From NCBI GenBank assembly GCA_045646345.1, contig JAZRKN010000001.1, forward strand, positions 64,001-128,000: 64,000 nucleotides of DNA, given 5' to 3'. The translations under genes were made by a program, and so were the position numbers. The notes under the pieces were generated by a model that had not been told where the DNA came from, did not search any database, and was given only the letters and a program-made list of their open reading frames with translations. Positions 20,008 through 29,561 of this stretch are shown here, piece after piece (position 1 is the first letter of the stretch; every line of letters starts with the position of its first letter). This stretch comes from Candidatus Scatovivens sp. Lineage in GTDB: Bacteria; Bacillota; Clostridia; TANB77; CAG-508.

Positions 20008-21720
20008 ATGGCATTTGATGGTTTCATTACAAAATCTATAGTATCGGAATTAAAAAAAACAATAATTGGAGCAAAAGTAAATAAAGTTTATGTACCAAAT
20101 AAAAACGAAGTACTTATTAGTCTTTATAACTCTGGAAAAAATTATAATTTAAACTTATGTGCAAATCCCGAATTTTGCAGAATTTGTTTGACAAATTATA
20201 CAAAGCCAAATCCTCAAAATGCATTAAATTTTTGCATGCTTCTTAGAAAATATTTAGTTGGCGGAAAAATTGTAAATATTTCTAATTATGATTTAGAAAG
20301 AACTGTAGAAATTCAATTTGAATGTTATAACGAATTAAATGATTTGGTTATTAGAAAACTATTTATTGAAATAATGAGTAGACAAAGTAATGTTATTTTA
20401 ACTAATGACAAAAATATAATCATAGATACTTTAAAACATATTGATAACACAAGAGAATTACTTCCAGCTCATGAATATACTTTTACCCCAATAAATAAAA
20501 TTAGTTTCCTAGAAATTTCTTCATTTGATGATTTTTCTAAAATTGTAAATGATTATGGTTCAATTATTTCTTTGACAAAATTTTTCATTGATACTTTTAT
20601 TGGTTTTAGTAAACCTTTTGTAAAAGAAACTTTAAAAGTATTATCAATTTCTGATTCTGACTTTTCTGAAGATAATTTAAAGAAAATTTATGATTATTTA
20701 AGAAATTTAATTAATAATTTTGGAACTCAAAATATTTATTGTAAAAAACTATCAAATAAAGATTACACTCTTATCTTTGGAGAATCAACAGAATCAGATG
20801 ATGAATTAACACATATAAATTATTTTATAGATGATTTTTATTTTAATAAAGAACAAGATTCCCTTTTCACAAATTCTAGAAACAATCTATTAAAAATTGT
20901 TTCTGCTTCTTTAAAAAAAGTTTATAAAAAAATGGAAAATATAAACGCAAAATTAAAAGAATGTGAAAAAATGGATACTTATAGATTATACGGTGAACTT
21001 TTAACAGCTAATCTTTACAAATTTACAAATTCACCTAATCTATCTGAAGTCACTGTAGAAAATTATTATGATAATAATAATCCTATAACAATTCCTTTAG
21101 ACAATAGCCTTAACGTTAATAAGAACATCGAAAAATATTTTAAAAAATATAACAAACTAAAAAATGCGCTTTCAATAGTTTCTGAACAAAAAAGAGAAAC
21201 CGTAAAAGAGTTAGATTATATTGAAAGTATTGTTTTCAATTTAAGTTCTGCTAGAAATTTAAATGATATTAACGGAGTTTATGAAGAATTATCTCAAAAT
21301 GTAATTACAAAAAAAGCAATTACCAAAAAAGAAAAAAATAATATTGTTAAAAAACAAGAACCTAATAAAATAGATGTAGAATTCACACTTATAGACGGTT
21401 ATACAGTGTATATCGGAAAAAATAATATTCAAAATGATTATTTAAGTTTAAAATTTGCAAATCCTAACGATGTTTGGTTTCATGCTCAAAAAATTCATGG
21501 TAGTCATGTCTTATTAAGAAATCCTGATAATTTAGAACTTGATGAAATACCTGAAAATGTTTTATTTAACTGCGCTCGTTTAGCCAAAGAAAACAGTAAA
21601 GCAGAAAATAGTTTGAATGTCTGTGTAGATTATTGTTTAGCAAAATTTGTCAAAAAAACTACCGGTTCAAAACCAGGTATGGTAATTTATAATAACTTTA
21701 AAACAATAATAGTAAAATAA
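20008..21720 (+). CDS. rqcH: RqcH/Rqc2 (FbpA/PavA, NFACT family) ribosome quality-control factor
   Basis: MAFDG, FCMLLRKYL.GG, YFKKYNKLK, IGKNNIQND, WFHAQKIHGSHV. Confidence 0.95.
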   Translation: MAFDGFITKSIVSELKKTIIGAKVNKVYVPNKNEVLISLYNSGKNYNLNLCANPEFCRICLTNYTKPNPQNALNFCMLLRKYLVGGKIVNISNYDLERTVEIQFECYNELNDLVIRKLFIEIMSRQSNVILTNDKNIIIDTLKHIDNTRELLPAHEYTFTPINKISFLEISSFDDFSKIVNDYGSIISLTKFFIDTFIGFSKPFVKETLKVLSISDSDFSEDNLKKIYDYLRNLINNFGTQNIYCKKLSNKDYTLIFGESTESDDELTHINYFIDDFYFNKEQDSLFTNSRNNLLKIVSASLKKVYKKMENINAKLKECEKMDTYRLYGELLTANLYKFTNSPNLSEVTVENYYDNNNPITIPLDNSLNVNKNIEKYFKKYNKLKNALSIVSEQKRETVKELDYIESIVFNLSSARNLNDINGVYEELSQNVITKKAITKKEKNNIVKKQEPNKIDVEFTLIDGYTVYIGKNNIQNDYLSLKFANPNDVWFHAQKIHGSHVLLRNPDNLELDEIPENVLFNCARLAKENSKAENSLNVCVDYCLAKFVKKTTGSKPGMVIYNNFKTIIVK

Positions 21721-21746
21721 AAAATGCTGCTCTAAAGCAGCATTTT
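21720..21746. terminator. Bidirectional terminator rqcH/ackA
   Basis: aaaatgctgc-tctaaa-gcagcatttt. Confidence 0.75.
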
Positions 21747-21753
21747 CTATTTT

Positions 21754-22944
21754 TTATTTAATTAATTCATAAGTATCTTTAGCTATTATTAATTCCTCGT
21801 TTGTTGGAATTATATAAATTTTCACTTTTGAATCTTTTGTAGAAATACATTTTTCTTTTCCTCTTGTTTTATTTGCTTCTTCATCTAATTTTATTCCAAA
21901 TGGTTCTAAATATTTACAAACTCTTTCTCTTGTTTCAATACCATTTTCTCCTACACCACCAGCAAATGTTATAACATCAACACCACCTAATGTAATTGCA
22001 TATTGACCTATATATTGAGCAATTCTATATGCTTGACTATCTAATGCTAATATTGATCTTGTATCTCCCATTTTATATCCGTCTTCAACATCTTTATAAT
22101 CAGATGATACTCCTGATACTCCCCAAGCTCCCGCTTGTTTATTTAAAATCTCTTCTATATCTTCAGGTCCTAAATTATCTCTTTTCATTATATAAGGAAT
22201 AATTGCAGGGTCTATATCTCCACATCTTGTAGCCATTGGAATTCCAGCCAATGGTGTTAATCCCATTGATGTATCTACAGATTTACCACCGTTAATTGCA
22301 CATATAGATGCACCTTGTCCTAAATGACAATTTATAACTTTTAAATTTTCAGATTTCTCGCCAATTAATTCCGCAACTCTTTGAGCTACATATCTATGAC
22401 TTGTTCCATGGAATCCATATTTTCTTATTTTATAACTTGTATAATATCTGTATGGTATCTGATAGATATACGCTTTTGTTGGCATTGTTTGATGAAACGC
22501 TGTATCAAACACAGCTACCATTGGTATTTCTGGTAATACTTTTCTAGCAGCTCTTATACCTGCAACTCCTGCTGGGTTATGTAATGGTGCTAAATCAATA
22601 CATTTTTCGATTTCTTCAATAACTTTATCATCTATTATTACAGATTGGCTAAACATTTCTCCACCATGAACTATTCTGTGCCCTATTGCTCCTATTTCAT
22701 CTAATGATTTTATTAGTTCATATTCTGGTTTTTGTAATACTTCTAGAACAAATTCAATAGCTTCATCAAAATCTCTCGCAATGTGAAGTAATTCTTCTTT
22801 CTTACCTCCAACATTCAATTTAAGAGTAGTCTTCATTCCACCAATTCGCTCAAAATTACCTTTTGCCATTCTTTCATTATTGTCCATATTAATTAGTTGA
22901 AATTTTAAAGATGAACTACCACAATTTAATACTAAAATTTTCAT
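21754..22944 (-). CDS. ackA: Acetate kinase paralog 3 (distal)
   Basis: NCGSSSLK, GHRIVHGG, APLHNP, FDTAFH, YGFHGTSH, GGVGEN, PTNEE; start set at MKILV with RBS GGAGG. Confidence 0.92.
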   Translation of the reverse strand: MKILVLNCGSSSLKFQLINMDNNERMAKGNFERIGGMKTTLKLNVGGKKEELLHIARDFDEAIEFVLEVLQKPEYELIKSLDEIGAIGHRIVHGGEMFSQSVIIDDKVIEEIEKCIDLAPLHNPAGVAGIRAARKVLPEIPMVAVFDTAFHQTMPTKAYIYQIPYRYYTSYKIRKYGFHGTSHRYVAQRVAELIGEKSENLKVINCHLGQGASICAINGGKSVDTSMGLTPLAGIPMATRCGDIDPAIIPYIMKRDNLGPEDIEEILNKQAGAWGVSGVSSDYKDVEDGYKMGDTRSILALDSQAYRIAQYIGQYAITLGGVDVITFAGGVGENGIETRERVCKYLEPFGIKLDEEANKTRGKEKCISTKDSKVKIYIIPTNEELIIAKDTYELIK

Positions 22945-23060
22945 ATATTTAAACCTCCCTTTTATTTTAAATTTTAGGAGTATTTTATTTACCCTTACCA
23001 ATTCTAACACTAAAAATTTATCTATACAAGATAAATTTTTAAAATATTTTGTCAATAAAT

Positions 23061-23094
23061 CAAAAAAGAGAGTACTTTAAAATACTCTCTTTTT
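23061..23094 (-). terminator. Terminator between ackA paralogs
   Basis: aaaaagagagta-ctttaaaa-tactctcttttt. Confidence 0.7.
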
Positions 23095-23101
23095 ATATTA
23101 A

Positions 23102-24289
23102 TTAATTTTTTGTTAATTCATATGCATCACTTGCAATAACAATTTCTTCGTTTGTTGGAACTACATAAACTTTAACTTTAGAATCTGGAGTTGTTATTTC
23201 CATTTCTTCGCCTCTTATTTTATTTTTCTCAGCATCAATTTTTACTCCAAAACACTCCAAATATCTACAAATTCTTTCTCTTTCTTCCCAACCATTTTCT
23301 CCAATACCGCCACAGAATGTTATAACATCAACTCCTTGAAGTGTAACAACAAATTTAGCAATATATTGAGCAATGATATATGCTCTACTTTCTAATGCTA
23401 ATATTGATCTTTGGTCTCCTTGAGCAGCTGTTCTTTCTATGTCTCTAAAGTCTGTTGAAACTCCTGATACTCCCCAAGCACCTGATTCTTTATTTAATAC
23501 TTGTAACATTTCATCTGGTTGCATATTATATAATTTCATTACTGTTGGAATAATAGATGGATCAACATCTCCACATCTTGTTCCCATTGGAACACCTGCT
23601 AAAGGTGTTAATCCCATTGTTGTATCTTGCGATACTCCATTTTTAATAGCACATAATGATGCACCTTGTCCCAAATGGCAATTAATTACTTTTAATTCTG
23701 ATTTTCCTGTAATTTCAGAAATTCTTTTTGCAACATATCTATGAGAAATTCCATGGAATCCGTATTTTCTTATTTTATAATCTTCATAATATTTATATGG
23801 TAATTGATAAATAAAAGCTTTTTCTTCCATTGTTTGATGGAATGCTGTATCAAATACAGCTACCATTGGAGTTTTTGGTAATAACTTTTTACAAGCTTTT
23901 ATTCCAGCTAAACCAGCAGGATTATGTAATGGTGCTAAAGTAATATTTTCTTTTATTGCTTTAATTACTTCATCATCAATTAATACTGAATTTTTAAATT
24001 TTTCTCCACCATGAACAATTCTGTGTCCAACAGCACCAATTTCATCTAAATTTTCAATTACTTTATATTTTTCACTTGTAAGTAATCTTAAAATTTCTGA
24101 AATAGCTTCTTCAAAATTTCTTGCTGGATGCTCTAAAACAACTTTTTCTCCTCTTACATTAAAACGAAGTGATGATCTTGAACCACCAATTCTATCATAA
24201 TGTCCTTTCATAATTCTTTCATTTTTTTCCATATCAATTAATTGACATTTTAAAGATGAACTTCCACAATTTAATACTAATACTTTCAT
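23102..24289 (-). CDS. ackA: Acetate kinase paralog 2
   Basis: Same acetokinase motifs; YGFHGISH variant. Confidence 0.92.
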   Translation of the reverse strand: MKVLVLNCGSSSLKCQLIDMEKNERIMKGHYDRIGGSRSSLRFNVRGEKVVLEHPARNFEEAISEILRLLTSEKYKVIENLDEIGAVGHRIVHGGEKFKNSVLIDDEVIKAIKENITLAPLHNPAGLAGIKACKKLLPKTPMVAVFDTAFHQTMEEKAFIYQLPYKYYEDYKIRKYGFHGISHRYVAKRISEITGKSELKVINCHLGQGASLCAIKNGVSQDTTMGLTPLAGVPMGTRCGDVDPSIIPTVMKLYNMQPDEMLQVLNKESGAWGVSGVSTDFRDIERTAAQGDQRSILALESRAYIIAQYIAKFVVTLQGVDVITFCGGIGENGWEERERICRYLECFGVKIDAEKNKIRGEEMEITTPDSKVKVYVVPTNEEIVIASDAYELTKN

Positions 24290-24408
24290 TAGCTACTTCC
24301 CCCTTAATTTAAAATAGAAAACATATTCACAATATATAATCGAAAATCCGTTATAATTTGTTCATTTTGTAAATTCTTTGTGAAAATAGTTAAATTTACT
24401 AAAAAAAC

Positions 24409-24445
24409 AAAAAGCGTGGTACGAATTTTGTTTGTACCACGCTGC
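24409..24445 (-). terminator. Terminator between ackA paralogs
   Basis: aaaaagcgtggtac...gtaccacgct. Confidence 0.7.
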
Positions 24446-24456
24446 ATTTTATTCAA

Positions 24457-25656
24457 TTATTTTGCTTCTACTAAAGATTTTGTATCTCTTGCGATAACCA
24501 TTTCTTCATCTGTTGGAATTATATAAGCTAATACTTTAGAATCTTCAGTTGAAATTTTTGTTTCTACTGATTTAACATTATTTTTCTCTAAATCTAATTT
24601 TAATCCCATCCATTCTAAGTTTTCACAAATTTTCTTTCTTATATTTATTTGATTTTCACCTATTCCACCTGTAAATACAACTGCATCAATACCTTTTAAA
24701 GATACTGCATATTTTGCAACAAATTGTGCAATTATTTTTGTAAACATTTCAATTGCTATTTTAGCTTTTGGTTTATCTTCTTCATAAGATGCTAGTTCTA
24801 TTTCTCTAAAGTCTGGATTTAATCCTGTCATTCCATATAATCCTGATTTTTTGTTTAATAATGTATTAACTTCTTTTGCTGTTAAGTTTTCTCTTTCCAT
24901 TATTTCAGTTACAACTGATGGATCTAAATCACCAGATCTTGTAACCATTGCGATTCCTCCTAAAGGAGATAATCCCATTGATGTATCTATTGATTTTCCT
25001 CCGTCTATAGCACAAATTGAAGCACCTTGTCCTAAGTGACATGTAACAATTTTTAAGTCTTCAATTGGTTTTCCTACTATTTCTGCACATCTTCTTGAAA
25101 CATATAAATGACTTGTTCCATGGAAACCATATTTTCTTATACCATATTTTTCATAAAATTCATATGGTATTGGATATAAGTAATTTTCTTCTGGCATTGT
25201 TTGGTGGAATGCTGTATCAAATACACCTGCCATTGGAACTCCAGGCATAGCTTTTTGACAAGCTCTCATTCCTAATACACCAGCTGGATTGTGAAGTGGC
25301 GCTAATGGTGAACAAGATTCAAATTTTGCAATAACATCTTCATCTATAATAACTGATTTATTAAATATTTCTCCACCGTGAACTAATCTATGTCCAACAG
25401 CATCAATTTCAGATAACGATTTAATTACGCCATATTCATCATGAACTAATTGTTCTAATATAATTTTTAAAGCTTCTTCATGATTCATAACTGGTGATTT
25501 TGTAACATATTTTTCACCATTTACTTTGTGCGTAACAAAAGCTTCTTGTTCTCCTATTCTTTCAAAATTCCCTTTTGCTAAAACTGTTTCACTTGTCATA
25601 TCAATTAATTGATATTTTAAAGATGAACTTCCGCAATTTACTACTAAAACTTTCAT
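24457..25656 (-). CDS. ackA: Acetate kinase paralog 1 (closest to pta, most canonical)
   Basis: NCGSSSLKYQL, NHEEAL, GHRLVHGG, FTGGIGEN, PTDEE. Confidence 0.95.
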   Translation of the reverse strand: MKVLVVNCGSSSLKYQLIDMTSETVLAKGNFERIGEQEAFVTHKVNGEKYVTKSPVMNHEEALKIILEQLVHDEYGVIKSLSEIDAVGHRLVHGGEIFNKSVIIDEDVIAKFESCSPLAPLHNPAGVLGMRACQKAMPGVPMAGVFDTAFHQTMPEENYLYPIPYEFYEKYGIRKYGFHGTSHLYVSRRCAEIVGKPIEDLKIVTCHLGQGASICAIDGGKSIDTSMGLSPLGGIAMVTRSGDLDPSVVTEIMERENLTAKEVNTLLNKKSGLYGMTGLNPDFREIELASYEEDKPKAKIAIEMFTKIIAQFVAKYAVSLKGIDAVVFTGGIGENQINIRKKICENLEWMGLKLDLEKNNVKSVETKISTEDSKVLAYIIPTDEEMVIARDTKSLVEAK

Positions 25657-25737
25657 TTATTTCCTCCTAAAATTATTATTAACTATTAAACCAAAAATAT
25701 ATTTTAATTTATTTTTATATTATTTCAGTAATCTATT

Positions 25738-26244
25738 TTATTCAACCACGATATTTAAACTTGGATGAGAATATAGTACTTTTCCCAATACTGCAGAAAT
25801 AAATATAGTAATTAAAAATAATATTACATAAAATATTATTTTATTTCCTGTTTGCTTTTTTTCTAAAATTCCTTTTTTAATATTTTTATAATAAATAGAT
25901 ATATTGAATATAAAAGCACAAATTGCAGGTACAGGATTAAGCATAAAATGTCCACATGAACAAACAGCTATGTGTAATACTGCTAATAATATAATTTCAG
26001 ATGTAAATATACCTAAATTAATTAAATTTAAATAGCTTTTATATTTTACATTCTCGTCATCACTAAACGAATTCAAATATGCTTTAATTGAAACTACAAA
26101 AAACGCTAATAATGCAATTACTGCTATTGGAGTATAAATAAATATCAATGGAAAAAATGCATATTTCATTATACTCTCTATTATAAGTATTATAATAAAT
26201 ACAATACTAAATTTTTCTAGAATTTTAGTTAATTTTGTTTCCAT
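25738..26244 (-). CDS. Hypothetical multi-TM membrane protein between pta and ackA
   Basis: RBS GAGGTG, about five hydrophobic segments. Confidence 0.65.
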   Translation of the reverse strand: METKLTKILEKFSIVFIIILIIESIMKYAFFPLIFIYTPIAVIALLAFFVVSIKAYLNSFSDDENVKYKSYLNLINLGIFTSEIILLAVLHIAVCSCGHFMLNPVPAICAFIFNISIYYKNIKKGILEKKQTGNKIIFYVILFLITIFISAVLGKVLYSHPSLNIVVE

Positions 26245-26265
26245 CTATATAAATTTCACCTCATC

Positions 26266-27261
26266 TTATGCTTGTGCTTGAACAGCTGTAATTGCAACCA
26301 CACCAGCTATATCTTCTGCAGAACATCCTCTCGATAAGTCATTTACTGGTCTTGCAATACCTTGGCAAAGAGGTCCATATGCTTCAGCTTTTGCTAATCT
26401 TTGTGTTAATTTATATCCGATATTTCCAGCATTTAAATCTGGGAATATTAATGTGTTTGCAGCTCCAGCAATCTCACTATTAGGTGCTTTACTTTTTCCT
26501 ACTGAAGGTACTATAGCAGCATCTAATTGCATTTCTCCATCAACTTTAATTTCTGGATATGTTTCTTTTACTATTCTTGTTGCATCTATAACTTTTTGTG
26601 TTAATTCTGATTTTGCACTTCCCATTGTAGAATATGAAAGCATTGCAACTTTAGCTTCTTTTCCTACTAATTGAGTAAAACTTTCGCTTGAAGAATGTGC
26701 TATCTCTGCTAATTGTTCAGCTGATGGATTTTCATTTAATCCACAATCTCCAAATACAAATACTCCATCTTCTCCATATTCGCAATCTGGTACAACCATT
26801 AAAAAGAAGGCTGATACTAGTTTTGTTCCTGGTGCTGTTTTTAAAATTTGAAGTGCTGGTCTCAATGTATCTGATGTAGAATGAATTGCTCCTGATACTA
26901 ATCCATCAGCATCATTCATTTTAACCATCATCATACCATAATAAACTTCATCTTTTACTAATTCTTCTGCTTGTTCTAGTGTCATGCCTTTTGCTTTTCT
27001 TAATTCATATAAGTTTTCAGCATAAACTTTAGCGTTTTCTGCTTTAACTGGATCTACTATTATTGCTTTAGAAATATCCAACCCATTTTCTTCAGCCATT
27101 TTTCTAATATTTTCTTCATTACCTACTAAAACAACATTAGCATAAGCTTCTTTTAGAACTGTAGCAGCTGCTGTTACAACTCTTATATCTGATGCTTCAG
27201 GTAATACAATTGTTTTCATGTCTTTTCTTGCTCTATCTTTAATTCCATCAATAAAATTCAT
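26266..27261 (-). CDS. pta: Phosphate acetyltransferase
   Basis: IVLPEA.D.R, RPALQI, DGEMQLDAA, AGNIGYK, PVNDLSRGC. Confidence 0.98.
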   Translation of the reverse strand: MNFIDGIKDRARKDMKTIVLPEASDIRVVTAAATVLKEAYANVVLVGNEENIRKMAEENGLDISKAIIVDPVKAENAKVYAENLYELRKAKGMTLEQAEELVKDEVYYGMMMVKMNDADGLVSGAIHSTSDTLRPALQILKTAPGTKLVSAFFLMVVPDCEYGEDGVFVFGDCGLNENPSAEQLAEIAHSSSESFTQLVGKEAKVAMLSYSTMGSAKSELTQKVIDATRIVKETYPEIKVDGEMQLDAAIVPSVGKSKAPNSEIAGAANTLIFPDLNAGNIGYKLTQRLAKAEAYGPLCQGIARPVNDLSRGCSAEDIAGVVAITAVQAQA

Positions 27262-27434
27262 TTCTTAATCCTCCTATTTTATTCTAAACCATTATATATA
27301 AGTTTTTCTTTAAAGTCAATGAATTAACATTCAAAGAAAACATTTTATTATTCTGACTTTCAGCTAGTTGAAAGTTACCAAAAAATATGGTAAAATATGG
27401 TTTCCATAAAACATATGAATTAGGAGGTAACTTT

Positions 27435-28547
27435 ATGGTGGCAAATGAAACTATTAAGAAGAAAGGCGGTAAACGGAAGATAAGTATTCTTTTGGCAATT
27501 GTCTTGAGCATTTCTTTGTTGCTCACTGGTTGTACCGATCAGCAAAAAGAAGACACTTTAGATTTGCTCATTGACATTGTCGTCCAAATTCTCAGTCCGG
27601 ATGAAACCAATAATCCTACTGAAGAACCTGGAAATACAGACATTCCCCTTGCTGTCGAAGGCGAAATGCAAGTTCATTTCATTGATGTTGGACAGGCAGA
27701 TGCAACTCTCTTTATCCAAGGAGAACATGTAATGCTTTTTGACGTTGCAACTGCTGGTCGAGGAGATGATGTAGTAAAATACTTGCAGGATTTAAATATC
27801 GATTATATCGATGTACTTGTTCTTTCTCATCCACATGATGATCACATGGGTGGTGCAGCCGAAGTGTTAAATAACATTGAAGTTGGAATGGTTTACGGAC
27901 CTGACATCTTTGATATAATGGAATTTGACAAAAAAGGCAATCCCATTGACACGCCTATTTGGTATGAAGAAATGATCGACGCAATCGACAAAATCGATGA
28001 AAAATTGAATAAGGGTATTCCAAAGAAAGAACAAACTTCTATTTGGCATTTTCCGATGAATGAAGATGGCGAATTCGAAAAATTCATGATCGGAGACGCT
28101 GTTGTTCAATTCTACGCACCTCTCGAAGATGTTTACTCAGATAAAAATGATTATTCTATTTGCGCCAAAGTTTCCTACGGCTCTATAGATATCATGCTTA
28201 CTGGTGATGCAACGAGTAGTGTAGAAAAAGCTTTATTAGAACAAAATTATGATTTAGATGTTGAAATTTTCCAAGCTGGACACCATGGCAGTGATACTAG
28301 TAATTCCAAGGAGTTCTTAGAGGCCATGACACCCGAGTGTATTGTTATCAGTTGTGGTATGCAAAACAAACATAATCATCCCGTAAAGTCTGTTATAGAA
28401 CTTTTTAAAAATTTCGGTCTTCCAGTCTACAGAACTGATGAATCGGGCAATATTATTATGACCACAGATGGAACTGAATACATTTTCAGTGCAGAACCTG
28501 GTACGTACACCAGCGGAAAAGAGTACAACGATCAGAAAGGAAAATAA
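27435..28547 (+). CDS. ComEC/Rec2-like metallo-beta-lactamase-fold lipoprotein (putative nuclease/hydrolase)
   Basis: Lipobox LTGC; FIDVGQAD, SHPHDDHMGG, LTGDA, GHHGS, YRTDESG; RBS AGGAGG. Confidence 0.9.
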   Translation: MVANETIKKKGGKRKISILLAIVLSISLLLTGCTDQQKEDTLDLLIDIVVQILSPDETNNPTEEPGNTDIPLAVEGEMQVHFIDVGQADATLFIQGEHVMLFDVATAGRGDDVVKYLQDLNIDYIDVLVLSHPHDDHMGGAAEVLNNIEVGMVYGPDIFDIMEFDKKGNPIDTPIWYEEMIDAIDKIDEKLNKGIPKKEQTSIWHFPMNEDGEFEKFMIGDAVVQFYAPLEDVYSDKNDYSICAKVSYGSIDIMLTGDATSSVEKALLEQNYDLDVEIFQAGHHGSDTSNSKEFLEAMTPECIVISCGMQNKHNHPVKSVIELFKNFGLPVYRTDESGNIIMTTDGTEYIFSAEPGTYTSGKEYNDQKGK

Positions 28548-28548
28548 G

Positions 28549-28824
28549 ATGCCAGAAAACATTTTATTCATGCAAGTTGAAGATGGTTTCGTAACATTCG
28601 AAAGACAAACCAAAGAAACCATTATCTATCCGCTTTGCATGGTTCCTAACGAATTCCAAAAAGAAGGAAAACTTTTAAGAGCAATCGTTCATGATGAGAA
28701 TAACATCGAATTCATTGGCTTTGTTCCTGAAAGTGAAAATCAAGCAAGGCGAGATAAAATCCATTCAAGAACGAAAAGTCTTCGTAATCGTATTCGAAAA
28801 AGAAGACGTTTCAAGTTTTTTTAA
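28549..28824 (+). CDS. Small DUF3006-like protein coupled to the MBL lipoprotein
   Basis: ATG 2 nt after the upstream stop; VEDGFV.FE...P...KEG...E...RR pattern; typical gene pairing. Confidence 0.55.
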   Translation: MPENILFMQVEDGFVTFERQTKETIIYPLCMVPNEFQKEGKLLRAIVHDENNIEFIGFVPESENQARRDKIHSRTKSLRNRIRKRRRFKFF

Positions 28825-28830
28825 AAAGCC

Positions 28831-28863
28831 AAAAACGAGCAGGGACTTCCCTGCTCGTTCTTT
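28831..28863. terminator. Bidirectional terminator
   Basis: aacgagcaggga-ct-tccctgctcgtt. Confidence 0.8.
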
Positions 28864-29497
28864 ATTTTTTATTATATTCATCACAATATTTTTGTATTGG
28901 ACACTCCTCACATTTTGGTTTTCTTGCATCACAAATTTTTCTTCCATGCCATACTAACAAATGATTTACATCATAATAATATTCTTTTGGAATTACTTTT
29001 AATAAATCTTGTTCAACTTTTTCAGGAACTGTTTCTTTTGAAAAACCAATCTTATTTGATATTCTCTTTGCATGAGTGTCTACTGCAATTCCTTGTGGAT
29101 TATGAAAAGCTTCAAGCATTACTACATTTGCACTTTTTCTTCCCACTCCAGGCAAACTTTGTAAATCTTCCATATTTTCAGGTACTTTCCCATCAAACTT
29201 ATCTATTAATTTTTGACTACATGCTTTTATATTCTTGGCTTTATTTTTATAAAAACCACATGGATGAATTATTTCTTCTAATTCTTCCAACTCTATTTTC
29301 GCCATTTTTTCTGGAGTATCATATTTATTAAACAAATTTGGTGTAGTTTTATTTACCCTTTCATCTGTACATTGAGCCGCTAACATTACTGAAATTAACA
29401 TTTGAAATGGTGTTTCAAAATCCAAACTACAAACAGCATCCGGATAAAATTCTTTTAAAATTTCTACTATTTTTATTGCATCTTTTTTTGATTTCAT
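28862..29497 (-). CDS. nth: Endonuclease III
   Basis: AQCTDERVN, LPGVGRKSANV, AVDTH, C.ARKPKC..C.....C Fe-S motif. Confidence 0.97.
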   Translation of the reverse strand: MKSKKDAIKIVEILKEFYPDAVCSLDFETPFQMLISVMLAAQCTDERVNKTTPNLFNKYDTPEKMAKIELEELEEIIHPCGFYKNKAKNIKACSQKLIDKFDGKVPENMEDLQSLPGVGRKSANVVMLEAFHNPQGIAVDTHAKRISNKIGFSKETVPEKVEQDLLKVIPKEYYYDVNHLLVWHGRKICDARKPKCEECPIQKYCDEYNKK

Positions 29498-29561
29498 ATA
29501 AATTACCTTTACTTATTTAATATGAGCTAATTAAAAATAATTAGCTCATATCTTTTATTTA

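Noticed and set aside
21754-25656. ackA triplet as assembly duplication, or as butyrate/propionate kinases
   Set aside because: The copies are clearly diverged in sequence; they are ~397 aa with the acetate-type HR.VHGG Val and lack butyrate-kinase signatures
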